Shown piece after piece: positions 26,022 through 40,427 of a stretch of DNA of 64,000 nt. Each line of letters begins with the position of its first letter. The first letter of the stretch is position 1. Both the position numbers and the translations under genes were made by a program. Location: assembly GCF_964204645.1 (NCBI RefSeq), contig NC_134033.1, forward strand, positions 1,632,131 to 1,696,130. The letters run 5' to 3'. The notes below the pieces were generated by a model. It was not told the DNA's origin and ran no database searches. It worked only from the letters and a program-made list of their open reading frames with translations. This DNA comes from Tubulanus polymorphus. Taxonomy: Eukaryota > Animalia > Nemertea.

Positions 26022-29000
26022 ATGGATCCATTTCGACCTTCATATTTCGGTAAAACAAACACCTCATTTAAGTGTTGTACCAGTGGATTTTTCTTTTAAA
26101 GATATCAATGTCGTTTTCTTTATCTTTCTGTTTAAGTCCAAGGATCTGAAATCTGTCCAGTTGGCCCAAAGCTCTACCAACGTCTGTTTTAAATGTTAAA
26201 TGTTTCGTTCAGTATGCTATGCCACAAATAACGGTCAAACTGGACTACATTGGTCTGAGAACATTTATATATCAGCGGATTTTCCATGTAGAGATTTTTC
26301 CAGAGCCACACATTTTTTCCTTATTGCGCTTCTTAAAAATGTATACTTTATAGTATGGTCTTTCTAAATATCAGTCGATTTGAGCCAATTTCAAACGAAT
26401 GATAGATTTCTAAGCCTTTTTTCACCCTTCGGTATGAACAGGTAGATTGAAAAATATATTCGTATTTAGACTATATCGGCAAGCAGAGCACGAAGAGAAT
26501 ATTGAAAGCGGTTGCGATGAAGGAGGTGGTCGGCGGCAGGAAAATCACAATCGAACAGGCTATAGTGAGTACCTTGAACTTTGAGCCGTCACAACGTCCA
26601 GTTCTGTGTCCAAAATCACTTGTTGATTTAAATTTTTCTGGAGCAAATCGAGTTTAGTCTTTGCATTGCTAGATTCTAAGCAGATACTAAAAATCGATAT
26701 TGACTTACTACTGAGTTAAGGCATGGTTATAAATCTTAGGCAGTTATCGATTTGAATTCTCTTCTGGCGCTTTCGTTTGACCAGAATACGCTCTACCTAT
26801 TCCGGAATAGCACTTGTAAACAAGATAGAAGCGGCCGGTAGAGAGTTTGTAATCTGTAAACCCGATAGAAGCGGCCGGTAGAGAGTTTGTAATCTGTAAA
26901 CCCGATAGAAGCGGCCGGTAGAGAGTTTGTAGTCTGTAAACCTGATAGAAGCGGCCGGTAGAGAGTTTGTAATCTGTAAACCTGATAGAAGCGGCCGGTA
27001 GAGAGTTTGTAATCTGTAAACGTGATAGAAGCGGCCCCGGTAGAGAGTTTGTAATCTGTAAACCTGATAGAAGCGGCCCCGGTAGAGAGTTTGTAATCTG
27101 TAAACCTGATAGAAGCGGCCGGTAGAGAGTTTGTAATCTGTAAACCTGATAGAAGCGGCCGGTAGAGAGTTTGTAATCTGTAAACCTGATAGAAGCGGCC
27201 CCGGTAGAGAGTTTGTAGCCCGTAAACCTGATAGAAGCGGCCGGTAGAGAGTTTGTAATCTGTAAACCTGATAGAAGCGGCCGGTAGAGAGTTTGTAATC
27301 TGTAAACCTGATAAAAGCGACCGGTAGAGAGTTTGTAATCCGGAATTGATAAGCCCTGATGGTTAGAAACCCGAAATAATTTTCTTAACTTAGTCTGAAA
27401 TATGTTTTGTAGGAGTTGCGTAATCTGGTGAATGGGTCGGCTTTACATTCGATCAGCGGAGAATGGAGGCGAGCAAACATCCAGTTCAGAGAGCTGGAAT
27501 CACCATTCCCGTACGGGCTCATATCACATCGGGTAACTAAGTCTCATAACATAGTCGCCCAAGAATTATAACCTGCGTTGAAGTAATACAACGATTTACT
27601 GATACGCCCATGAATTGATAGCTAATTTGAACTCTCTCATACCGTTAGATCCAGTATTCAAACTCGGGTCCGTCAGGGCCAAATTCTGTTTTCGTATCTG
27701 GTCGACTAGTGGTCGGAACTAATAACCGAATGCGCTTGATTTTCGAACTTTTTCCGGAATATAGTTCCGACTAACGGACATTCGGTTTCGTTTAGTTCGA
27801 CTATAGTCGACTAACTCAGATAACCGAAGGTGGCGCAGCGTGCTAGACCTACATTCAAATCACTATAGTAATCTTGATTATCAGAGGTTAGGTGTGGTGG
27901 TGACCATCTAGCTGTCGTAACTTCACTAGCTAGCAAGTAGTGACAGTTTTTCAGCCCAATCTCATTTAATCTCTAATCCTATTAATCTATCAACTGATCT
28001 ATTCAATCTCTAAAATACATTTAAATCGATAAAACATTCACAAAATTCGAATAATCAGATGCGAAATTTGATGCTCGGTCCGTAACTTTCAGAACGGTAC
28101 AAGAGGAATCATAACCGCTATTCAAACGTATCTCATCAAGCACCTGCTCTTCCCGCAACCGACGACGTCATCTTCGAGAACGCGGCTGATTGGTCGAGAG
28201 CGAACCGTCGATATTCAAATCACGAACACGTGAGCGGCAGACGAGAAATACTCCCGTCGTGCTTTGCGATAATTTGACCTAGTTTCGTATTTGGGGGCAG
28301 TGGGATGTAGATTTTATAAATCAGCTTTTTGACACCGATCAAACGTTTTATCTTAAGGCTGTTGGAATTAACGAATTCGAGCCGTAAGGAGGCGCTGGTG
28401 TGCGCGATGGCGAGCATGCTGTGGAAAGTGAGTGACGGTGTGCGGTGCACGGTGTGCCTACCTCACGAGCACGAATCGTTCCCCAAGGACGAGAAGCCGG
28501 CGTACAGAGAAGACGGTATCACCGAATATGTACGTGTGCCTGGAATGAGAATGATATCGATCGAATGAGAGTCGATATTGAATTCATCGAACAACATTGC
28601 AATAGATTTAGAATGGTTTCGAAATCAATGAATGATTAGGCTAAAATATAACCTTGTCATTCCCTATTGGGTCATTTCTGCAATAAAATTAGTCATCAGT
28701 TCACTTCTAAACCTGTCGGGTCTTTTATCAACTTGATTCGAATAGAAATAATGTACCCTGACTCTGGTGGTGGTGGTGGCGGTGGTGGCGGTGGTGGATT
28801 TTGTTTTGTTTTGATTTTTTTCATTTCTAGGGCATTCCCCTTTTATTGGTCCAGCCTTTCGGCTCGGGGATGTTCTTTCAATTAAGTAGCGCGAGTGTTC
28901 ATTAAACCATTATAAAGATCTTGTACACATATCGATAAATAGATATATTATATATTTGTACATGGTAGATAGGCGGCCGGATCAGCAGATATAAAAAACA

Positions 29001-32000
29001 AAATACCGATTTTAGCCTTTTTGGGGGGCATTTTTGATAACGCTAAACAAGAATACTTTTATGAAAATTAATCAAAATTTTCTCACATTTTTAAATTTCA
29101 GATACGAATATTCGAATTTCTCAACGAGGAAGAAGCGAAAGAATTGTTAAAAGAATACATTTCATACGTAATTGAACTTGAGACTCGATCGCGTGTGAAT
29201 TAGAACGATTGAATTTTCTCGTCTAAAACTTTCAATCCAATCTTTTTCTTTTTTGATTCAAAGATTGTATATTTTCGACTCTGAATATCGCGAAAGTATA
29301 AACTCGCCGAAATGTTTATTTCTTCTGCGATAAAGTTTTCTTCTGGTTTTCAGTTTGAGGAAACGAATTCACCCGGAGTTTTGCTGTTTCTATATTCGTT
29401 AGTCTTATCGAGAACGACGCAAAGGTAAATTCATTTTATTGATCTGAAGTCAAGTGAAAAAAATATTTTTCAAATCAAAAACTGTTGCAGTCAGTCAGTC
29501 AGTCAGTCAGTCAGTCAGTCAGTCAGTCAGTCAGTCAGTCAGTCAGTCAGTCAGTCAGTCAGTCAGTCAGTCAGTCAGTCAGTCAGTCAGTCAGTCAGTC
29601 AGTCAGTCAGTCAGTCAGTCAGTCAGTCAGCAGTCAGTCAGTCAGTCAGCAGTCAGTCAGTCAGTCAGTCAGCCAGCCAGCCAGCCAGACAGACAGTCAG
29701 TCAGTCAGTCAGTCAGTCACCGTTATTTCTACTCGCAGAATTTACCAGGATATGGGTGAACACTACAGAGAAAAGACCTTATTAACAGAAACAGAAGATT
29801 GTCATCAGTCGCTGCTGAATCTGATGTTAACCGGTTCAGCCGTACCGTACGTTCATAACGGCATCTTGGTTTACGACGAGGAGGGGAAAGTCCTGGTGAG
29901 TTATAGTTTTATCCTTAAGATGACAAGGACTCGGTCAGTTGCTTGCCGGTTCAGGCAGGTTGGAAGATTATCTAAATGAACCGGAACGGTTTAATTATGT
30001 ACTTGGATTCAAGCACCAAATTATGTTATTATGTAATTTCGACCGCCGATCACATAACTATATGAATATCTGTGTAACTATGTATAGCTGTCAGGTGTGA
30101 TAAGTTTGTAAGGGACACCAAATCAAAACATATCAGACCAGGGGCCGGTTGCATAGTCATGGCCTAGACTTAAGACCTGGGCCAGTTGCACAGTCGTGCC
30201 TTAAGTCCAAAAGTGGTCTTAAATCTTAAGACTGGTCTTAAGTTGTTAGATTGGCTATACAACTAAGTTGGTCTTAGACTTGTCTTTAAGTCAAACCAAT
30301 CAAATGAATAACCCCGTTTTCGATATTAGAAAAAAGGACCGACAAGCCTAAGTCGAAATCATCGTCTTAATCCATAAGAACGTCATGTTAAGAAGTAGAT
30401 TATCAGAACCAAAACGGTCTTACACATGTCTTCAAATCTAGAACTCGACTGTACACAAATTGCTTCTTGTTCTATTGCACAGAAAAAGCCAATGAAAGGA
30501 GTCACCGATAGAAGCGATATCGGTTATTTGTACTTTAATAAATTCGAAGCCGAAAAATTCAGAACAGACGTAAGTCGAAAAGATGAACTGTCCAAAATGT
30601 AGTAAACCTCGCCTAAACTCGAGACAAACTGAGACAAAATCAGTTCGATGAGAAAATATACCTGTTCGTAAAACGATGATTCTTGGCCGAGATTCCGAGG
30701 TGGCCATAATGGGCGTCCCTAGGGGGGGATTCGGTAGTTCGAATGAACCCCTTTTTGAATTTTCAAACGTCGACGAACGTCGGCACATGGTCTGCATTTG
30801 CTAAATTAGCAAAATAAAATCGATACGTGCGAAGTAAACGGCTTCAGATTGCACCAGAACGGCCTGCTTGCACGAAATGTTCAAAAGTTTTCTGAGGGAA
30901 GACTCACCTATTCCTAAAAACGAACTCCCCAAAATATATCCTGGGGACGCCAATGGCCGTGTTGCGAGATTGGCCGAAGTTTACTGTATTTTGAAAATAA
31001 GTCTTAATCTTAGTCTTAAGTAAATCGTGACATTAAAATGTTAACAAGTTTTTCTTTAAATGATTAAGTCGGTTTAAGGAATGAGTTTCAATTCGCTAAA
31101 GATAAAACATATCTATAAATTTCATATGAAGGTAGGGAGCATGTTGAAGACGCCTAAATTACCGATATGGCTGACGAATATAAACGGACAATACGGAGTA
31201 CTGTTTAGCAGTAACCCCGAACTGTTGCGGAATTGGAGAGTGGAACACAGGTTCACTTTACACTACTACACAGCCATGTCTTCACAAACCGAAGCTTGTA
31301 AACTTACCGTCGGTAAGTCTTAATCAGGGAATTACTAAGGATCTGCTTTGAGTGGTGAAGCAGAAATGAGATTAGTTTAGACAACGTTTTGACTATATTC
31401 TAATAATAATCTTTGGGAATATTGAACACTCTAAATTCCATGTTGTAAAAATTACACAGAATCCAACAAAAGAGTGCGAAACGTCTCTTCTTAAGTTTTC
31501 AACTGTATCCTAGTAGTGTTCTGAAGATGACCATTGGGATAAAGTCGAAACATCGATCGAAGACGTCTAAAAGATGTTGGAAGACCGGGGCTCGGTTTCA
31601 CAAAAAAATTAAACTCAAATTTTTGGTGTAATGGTTACTCAATGTTTCCAATGAGGACAACAATTTAAACTTAACCGTTTTTGGCTTAAACTGTTTCGTG
31701 AAACCGGACCCTGAGGACTAGAGCGGTAGGAGTTTAAGGTGTAAAAACAGTGAACCAACTTTTAATTTCAGATACACGACACCGCAAAGGAGTGGGGGGA
31801 GTCCGTGTACATAGAACAGCCGGTGAGGACAGGAAAATACCGACACTTGAGCTCTGTATCATGACCAAGTAAACATCGAAATTATACTTTTTCATTAATA
31901 AGCAGGAACTAGTTCCACAGTTGTGAATAAGAGTTAACTCTGAGTTAAAATTAGTTCATTTTCGATGTTTTCAACCCAGAGTCAAATCTGAACTCACGAT

Positions 32001-32119
32001 TGTGTAACTGGGCCCGGACGTTTTCGACAAAACCCATTTGGTAATTTTTCATTCTATGGTTGATTTTTAGATGGCCAGGCGCTGATATCAGCTGGAATGG
32101 AACTGCACCGTTTGTTTAG
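26022..32119 (+). CDS. MINDY4B: MINDY4/FAM188B-family deubiquitinase, catalytically inactive (MINDY-4B-like); 5' end uncertain
   Basis: Exons 26022-26049 (tentative), 26470-26564, 27413-27532, 28093-28229, 28358-28529, 29102-29167, 29354-29424, 29739-29895, 30483-30569, 31132-31312, 31772-31868 and 32071-32119. Motifs PGVLLFLYSLVLSRT, LLNLMLTGSAVPYVHNG, VGSMLKTPKLPIW and TKWPGADISWNG. The catalytic GPCG is replaced by GTRG and the SH site by GQ. Confidence 0.88.
26815..27340. repeat. 40-bp intronic minisatellite, about 13 copies
   Basis: Unit tgtaaacctgatagaagcggccggtagagagtttgtaatc; some copies carry an extra cc. Confidence 0.95.
27677..27830. mobile_element. Interspersed repeat (MITE-like) with gtcgactag/ggtcggaacta motifs
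   Basis: Related copies at about 48678-48815 and 51010-51170 (reverse). Confidence 0.6.
29488..29719. repeat. (CAGT)n microsatellite
   Basis: Seen directly; intronic, ending about 20 nt before the acceptor at 29738. Confidence 0.97.
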
Positions 32120-33504
32120 TAGTACAAATTCTTCAAAAAGTTTCGATTAATAATGAAGTGAAACTTAAATCTTTTAGAATTCTGATTAATAGAAATGATT
32201 ACGGAAAATGTTGTATTTTATTGTTAATTATTCATCTAGAATTGCACCGATATTTCCTGAAATGTAATAAAATAATCGTCACAATTCAAACTTTGTGTTC
32301 AAAGATTGGAAATGTTTGTCACCGCAATGTACATCTCTATACAAATACATAGTAAAACACCCCCGATATTCCGCCCTCCCATATACCGCCACCCCCCATA
32401 TACCGCCACCCCCGCCTACCGCCAGGTTTTCTCAATGTTCATCTCTATACAAATTCATATTAAAACACCTCCGATATACCGCCATACTCTCTATACCGCC
32501 GAAATCATTCTGCACCGATGTGGGCGGTATATCGGGAGTTGACTGTAAACCCATTTGCCCAAATTACTTTTGGTAGGCCAGATATAGATATTGGGGCTCT
32601 TGTCATCTACCCCCTGCCTCTGCCCCCTGTTCCCACGGCCATGTCAATTGGCCTCCCTTATTAGCGGTACAACGAGGAACTCGAAGATGTTGCATCACCT
32701 CCAATAACTGTCGAAGGAAATTTTATTATGAATTATATGCGGCGCATAATGTACACCTAGTTTCATACCCCCATTGCACGCATGATATATGACACGTCAT
32801 TAAGCAATTAAACCGTTCAATAAATTAAAGCAGGCGAGAATTTTATCACCTGTTGCATGTTAGATTCCGGTTACTGAAATTTCTGTTCAACAACGGCAGC
32901 TGGTTTTCACATTGGACGCCTCTATTTTTTCTATATAATCAATAGTAAAAGGAGTCCACGTGAAGCCAAACGTAAAGTAACACGGGCTGTATTGTAAAAT
33001 CCACAATGACATTACTGAAATAGTGATACCAAAAAATGAATTTAAAATAGCGGAAAATTATCAAATTCAGAACAAATAATCCTGATAATGCGGTTATGTA
33101 CCACGTATACGTCGGTTATTTAAAGAATATATTTTCATTGGTCGCTCAGCCATCGCTGTATTGAACTAGCCCACCTTAAGATTCCTTAGATCTTCCTAAT
33201 CGCGAAGATGCGTCTGGGGAAATGGTGGTAATTCGAGATGATTTGAAAATATTTTTCAGATGGCAGGCAAGGAAATATATTGTTTTAAATCGATTTAGTT
33301 CATAGAATGGTCGATTTTATCAATCATATCTTTCCTATTCAAATGAGTTAAATGAAGACTTTTTGGCAATTTTTCAATATGATGTAAAAAGCATATAAGA
33401 AAGATGGTTTATTCAGACTTATTTCACTGGTCTTGTTAATTGGGGTATGTGTTCAAGAATGAAGGGAAATATCTCCAAAAATCGATTTCAAACAAAAATT
33501 AATT

Positions 33505-34091
<587 letters not shown>

Positions 34092-34390
34092 TTATTTTCT
34101 TATATGGCGCTTAACTAAAAATCATAATCTAAGCGCTTTACATTATAAAACATATGCAGCATATTTAAAACAATTGTACAATTATAGATAAGAAAGATAA
34201 GATTTTTTAAAAAGATATGTTTTAAGGCAAGCTTTAAAAGAGTCAACCGAGGGACTTTCACGGATGAGTATTCCACAAACGAGGAGCGCAGTAGCTGAAG
34301 GCACGGTCACTGAAAGAACGATTTGAGACAGGAACAATAAGACAGGTTCTGTCTTGACTAGAACGAAGTGCCCGTACAGGCTTAGACTTT
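34092..34390 (-). mobile_element. 5'-truncated non-LTR retrotransposon (L2/CR1-group) 3' end
   Basis: The minus strand reads ALRSSQDRTCLIVPVSNRSFSDRAFSYCAPRLWNTHP and then, after a stop/frameshift, FKACLKTYLF, matching the typical ORF2 C-terminal signature. A short 3' UTR then runs into the (ATT)n tail. Confidence 0.75.
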
Positions 34391-34948
34391 TGAAAATGAA
34401 TGGACTTTTGAAATTGAAATTCTATTTGAGGTGAGACCTGTTTTTCTGGGATATTTCGCTTACTTTTTGTGATACATACATCATTTAGGTCTTTACACGA
34501 CCACAAAATTGCAGAAAAACTGCAATATTATTCTGCAGTTCTGTTCAAAGATTTAGGATTGCTTAAGTGTCTCCTTTAATCAAGTTGATTTTAAGAGAAA
34601 ATCTCCGTTTTGTGAAATTTCTTGAATATGAACATTGTCACCATACCTACAAAATGAAGTAATTGTTCTTGCGGCGTCCCCGATTACAAAACAGGGTGTC
34701 AAGAAGCGCGGTAACAATGCTGAAATTCAAGAAATTTCAGAGATGGAGGGTTCATTATGCGGGTTGGTTAAAGGGTTGATGAATTTACAAATGATTAATG
34801 GACAATAGTCAGAAAAATGCGTTCGATGTAAGATTTAATCAATTCGATGAAGTGCCCTGTTCGTTTCGTATTTGCAAAGTAAAACATAAATTTCCGACAA
34901 TATTAAGCTGTGCAAATGTTGGCCTAATTTCAATTCGTATTGGAAACC

Positions 34949-34955
34949 TATAAAA
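34949..34955 (+). promoter_or_regulatory. TATA box of peptide gene 1
   Basis: TATAAAA lies about 70 nt upstream of the non-coding exon donor gaagcgactaag|gtaagt at 35024. It is conserved as TATATAA at 41917-41923 in gene 3. Confidence 0.55.
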
Positions 34956-35659
34956 TATTTCACGCGAGACCTCTCTGATGCATATTCATTTCGAAACGTG
35001 AATACATTAGGAGAAGCGACTAAGGTAAGTCAAGTGGTGACGAAAATATTCGAATCTTGAAAAGATATGGATCGCTCACTTGATTTCATCATATTTAGTG
35101 AGATTCCAGCGTGATTACAGATTCTAGTTTTACCCTTCTAGTCAATTCAACACCTTATTTGAAACTCTTGTGTACTAAAGGCCAAAAAAATGAAATATTG
35201 ATGATTATCTGTATTATGTATAACGCCAAGCGCGTACGGAAAACGTTATAGAAGTTGATTCCGGGTTGGACAAACCCAAGCGATATGACTGGCCCGTATT
35301 CAGCGTCAGAGGTACACTCCGCTACTGAGAGTCACGTGTCTACAATATGTACGGATAAATTTATCAAATCTTACAAACACAGTTCATAGAATAGATCATT
35401 ATATTTATATTCACCGTTTCGAACTGATGAAATAAATTTGACTTTGAAACCAGTAATGCAGAAAACCCGTTATCGTTGCATTGCACTATTATCAGTTTTT
35501 CTTTTCTGACACGAAGCAGTATTTTATCAAACCTGGTACATTATCTGACATAGGTTTATTCACTGAGAGCCTGTTGAAAACTGTTTAGTAATCAGAATTT
35601 GGGAGTTCCCAAGATGCCACAATTGCTAATATATTGAATCCAAATTCTAGGAGGTGAAA

Positions 35660-36539
35660 ATGATTGCTTATTTAATGACCCGTGTATGTGCTGTTGTTGT
35701 GATTTTGGTCAGTGCCGCATCATTTGCAGAAGGTAAGGAACGAAGACTGGGAAAATGATACACAATTTCTTAGGATTTCATGAACAATATGAATTGAAGT
35801 TGCAATTATCAGTAAACATTGAGAAGTTGTTTATCGATGGAATGAATTAATTTGATGAATCGCTGGTTCAAACATAAAATCACATACTAACATTCTGACA
35901 AAAATCAATTTAATTGATACAAGTGTTTCCTAAACTGTTGTTTATAATTGTTTGTCTGAATGGTCGAAATTCGAAGGGAGGGGGGTTCAGAACCTGACGA
36001 TGCAGAAGATGATAGATTCTTTCATTTTCATCGTCAGAATCATCTCCGGTTCTAAATCCGGGGGCGGGGTTCGATTATTTCTTCAATGTTGAAGCCGCAG
36101 CGCTACTATGGCAATCGAGGATTCCACGTATAGCAGGCGACGATCCACCAGGTGTCGCTAGGTGGATAGTTTATGGGTTTTGAAAACTCTAAGATAAAAG
36201 ATCGGTCTCCCGCGTTCGATACCTTTTACGAATACGAATATTTATTACACTCCAACCATTCCCATGGTATATGGAGGAAAAACAGTATTTACAATAATTC
36301 TTTTACGAGCAACTACTAGCGACACCTGGTCGATCCTCATTTGTTATATGCGGAATCATCCTCGATTGCCACAGTAGCCGCGAGGGTATTATTTCTTCTA
36401 TTTAGGTAAAAGCGTTTTACTTCAAAATTCAATTTTCGATTTCATTATTTTTGGGAATATAGGTTGCACCCACAAAGGAATTATCTGTGGGACTGATGCT
36501 GAATGTTGCAGTGGAAAATGCAAAGCAGCTTGTTCCTGA
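35660..36539 (+). CDS. Secreted inhibitor-cystine-knot (knottin) toxin-like peptide precursor 1, 49 aa: MIAYLMTRVCAVVVILVSAASFAE-GCTHKGIICGTDAECCSGKCKAACS
   Basis: Coding exons 35660-35732 and 36463-36539 with a phase-1 GT..AG intron. Signal peptide present. Cys framework C-X6-C-X5-CC-X3-C-X3-C. AATAAA at 36692. Confidence 0.88.
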
Positions 36540-37749
36540 TCATTCATGATACTGGTTTCCATAATGGGATATACTTATGGTGGTTTGGGGAAATATCCGA
36601 TTATGAAACAGAACCACAGTCAGGTTACTGACTGGAATTGAATATATATTTGTAACCCAGTCTTCAAGTCTCTCGTTTTATGATTAGATTCAATAAAACT
36701 GCTTGTGAATAGATATTCAATAATCGGGTTGTTCAATGTTTATGATTGGTCGGTGAAGATTTTCAAAGTGATCAAAACGATCGATCGATGCAGCCGTTTC
36801 TCATCCGCGGTGAGGAACACGTCCATCGTCAATTCCAGTTCCGCGTTTTACAATCGACTACTCTCAACCTAGAGGATTATTCTAATAATGAGATACCGGA
36901 AACGTTACTGAGGGTTATTCGTATTTGTGACTATTTTTTCAGTTTAGAATTGGGTCCCACCTTTGACCGGTAAATAACCTCTAACACCAGAATTATTTTA
37001 TTGGAAATAAATCATTAGCCTCAGTTATTAGCGTTATAACGAGGAACTCGAGATTAAGATGTTGCATCACCTCAATTATATCAAAGGAAATTTGGTTATG
37101 AATTCTATGCGGCTGAAACAGACATTTCGATCAGTTAGAATCGAGACATTAAATTTATACCAAGTTAAATACTACCGGAACGCACGATAAATGACACGTC
37201 ATTAGGGAAATAAACCGTTCGATAAATTGAAGCAGAAGAACATTAAATCACCAGGGTCCAGATCCACAGTTCCGAGTTAAGATTTCACTCAGAGTTAACT
37301 CATCGAAAATGAACTAACTTTAACTCAGAGTTTAACTCTAACTCACAACTGTGGAACTGGATCCTGTTGAAATCATTCATTACAGTTTAAAATGGATATA
37401 AATAAATAAGAACGACGGTTTGTTCAGACCGCACAGTTTCACTGGTCGTATTAAAAGATCAATTTGAGGTATGTGCTCAAAAGATTAAGGTAAATATCCC
37501 AAAAAATCGATTACATATCGATATAGTTTACACTGAGTACTAAGCTGTGTAATTAGTGGTAATTTAAATTTGTATTTGAAACGTGTAGAATATCATACGC
37601 AATATGTTTTAGTCATTCGTCGACTGTTTCTGGCGAGATATATTCCGATCAAAAGTTAAATACGTTGGATGAAGCGACTAAGGTAAGCCCAGTGATATTC
37701 AAATCATTCATAATCAAACGATATACAACTAAATTTCAACAAGAACTTT

Positions 37750-37995
37750 AGTATCCGAATAGCCATAGAAGCGATAACATTAAAAACCTCATTGTCTAAT
37801 GAGTAAATACAGTTTATTAACACGGACGTTTTCGGGATCATATCACCTCTCCTCATATTGAATTGATCATATCTCCTCATATTGAATAGAATAATATTCC
37901 TCATATTGAATTGATATGATCGTGCTAATAAACTGTATTTACTCATTAGAAAATGAGGTTTTTAATGTTATCGCTTCAATGGCTATTCGGATACT
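37750..37995. mobile_element. Foldback/MITE with inverted repeats of about 75 bp, in intron 1 of peptide gene 2
   Basis: agtatccgaatagccatagaagcgataacattaaaaacctcatt...cagtttatta is mirrored at 37921-37995. Confidence 0.7.
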
Positions 37996-38742
37996 TGAAC
38001 TCTCTTCCTAAGAAGAACCTTAGTGTCTGATGTACCACAGTGTCTGTGTGGGTGGGTTACACTAGAATTGTAGAGCAACGTAGATCACTGTGAAGACACC
38101 ACACTGCCAGGACTAGGTGAAAATTGAATATATTGTATAACATCTCATAGATAGACGTTATAATATGTTATCTTATTGATTTCATCTTACTTAGTGAGAT
38201 TACAGATTTGTATAAAACAATAGTTAAAAGTCCTAATCTACTCAATTCAGCTAGCCTTTGGATGGCGTTTGATTTGAGATATGGATTAGAGAAAAGTGGC
38301 AACATTGTCACTCTTCTAATGTCTATTTCGACTTCGCTTGAGAAGATATCGGGTGTCCTAGCTCAGATTGTGTGCTACGTGCCTGATGAATGTCTTCATA
38401 TGATCAGAACGGACTGGCAGTTGAACTAAAACATCGTTTTTTAACAGTCATTTTGGTGTGTCCACCATAGAACCGGCACACCTTATTTTGAGCTATCTAC
38501 CGTAAATCATTACTGATTTCGTTATGAGATAATATTGTCGTAAAGTGATGGTTATCGGCTTGTTAAAAGCAGAAAGTCTTCTTGGTGACATTAAAGCTGA
38601 TTTCATATAAATCGGTCGAGAATATTTGGAATCACAGTCGATTGAAGTGGAGTTATTGAAAACACTGTTGAATAGGCCTAGTCAGAATTTGGGATTTCCC
38701 ATGATGTCAAATTACTAATATATCTAATTCAAATTCTAGTTG

Positions 38743-39746
38743 ATGAAAATGCTTGCTTTTGTAATGACTCGCGTATGTGCCATTATTGTGATTGTGATCG
38801 GTGCCGGCGCGATCACAGGTGCCGCAGGTGAGTAACGACTTGAGAAATAATACATACAAAAGTGACTCACGAGATTGTGGGTAAACAGAGCGACTAGTTA
38901 CTATTATCCAAAATATATATATACATATTTCTAATTACGTGTCATCTCGATAAACAAGCCAGCCTATGAGACGGCTTGCAAGACACGTTGACATTTACGA
39001 GTACAACAAACATGTGACAATAAACCGGTGACAAACTAATTCAAATTGGATAAAATTGAATTGGGAATTGCGAAGTTTCATTGCGGCTGATATGAATCCG
39101 CAAACACTGGTTACGACACGACTATTGCTTAGTAAAATTCTACAAATTTTATCGACATTAGACAAAAGATAGATGTCTAGTCCCAGGATAGCAATGATCT
39201 TCCCCTGTTTCAACTTCATTCGATGTACATGCAACTCATATTCTTTCTTCAATTGGCAAATTACGGTTGCGACCTAGCGCTGTGTTTAAGGGGAAAGTAT
39301 CAGTTCTTAACCTTGCTATTCATTGTATAAATATCTACAATGTAAAGACTTAGGTTAGTTTTGGGCAGTAGGGAGTAGAAAGTAAGTAGCGGGGACTGAA
39401 TCGGTCAGGTTAGGAGAGGACGAGGGCATGGCTCCGGAATTTAGAGAATTTAATAAATGTGACAATACGTGCAAGGTTTTGGTTCCGTTAGGAGAAAAAG
39501 GGAGAACGGGAGAATAGAATGAAATGAAAGAATCTAATCAAACGTTCTGTAGTGGAAGCAAATACGGAAAATAAAACGTTGTCATGTAAGTTATCAAATA
39601 TATTCAAATTCATTATTTCGGTTACTTTTAAATTTCACTATATTTTGACAGATCACCAGCGTGATAGAAGCAGAAGTATAGGATTCCACAACGAAGTTGT
39701 AGGATTCGACGGAGGAAACGATAACATCGGCGGAAAACAGTCGTGA
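38743..39746 (+). CDS. Secreted peptide precursor 2, 59 aa, with a Cys-free mature region: MKMLAFVMTRVCAIIVIVIGAGAITGAA-DHQRDRSRSIGFHNEVVGFDGGNDNIGGKQS
   Basis: Signal exon 38743-38827 is clearly paralogous to genes 1 and 3 (MTRVCA, same acceptor context, phase 1). 5' UTR exon donor at 37682. The last exon 39652-39746 was chosen as the best in-phase AG acceptor and is less certain. AATAAA at 39904. Confidence 0.6.
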
Positions 39747-40427
39747 AAAAAATTGAAATGGTTTCACCATTTTGTATTCCTAGTTTTTATGAAATTACTA
39801 TATTTTTCCTGACTTAAATAAGATTGTGTTCATAAGGTATCGTTAATAATGTGCTTTATGTATCTAAGCAAACCATTTACATTTAATGCATTTGTTATCT
39901 TATAATAAAGGCACAATTGTATTAAGAAAGGAAGAAAAAATCGGTCGTGAATCACATTCCTTCTCGCAGTCAAGATTTGTAAACACAACCGTGTACTGTA
40001 GAATTATGAATGCAACATTCCGTAATAGTCGAGCAGTGCATTACGAGCAAATACCGCGAGTTAGATTAAAATATATCAGAATCGCTAAATTCGACAAATC
40101 ATCATTCCCGTTCAGATTTCAACTCAGGTCGCATAAGATCCGATCCAAGGAGTCGGCTATTCAAATCTGTATGTGTCTCGACACCCTAGGCCAGAGGCGG
40201 TTTCGAACTAAAGACCTATTGGTTCCCAGTCCTCCACTTAACCAACTTAGCTGTAGAAAACCTTTTTACGTCTGCTCATCATGTTTCGATGTAAATACGA
40301 ATAATTGAATTTACCGTTGAAAATTAGTTTTTATTGTCCAGTAAATTACGAATTAACCGTTATTTAAAAAAAACGAGCAATAAAGCATTCAATGATTCTA
40401 TTAAGATTCTATGGGTGGTTGAAAAAG

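Noticed and set aside
29454-29738. SQSV-repeat ORFs
   Set aside because: Intronic (CAGT)n; only 29739-29895 is a real exon.
35420-35452. CTGATGA...GAAAC possible hammerhead near peptide gene 1
   Set aside because: No convincing stem II or stem I pairing; likely a chance match.
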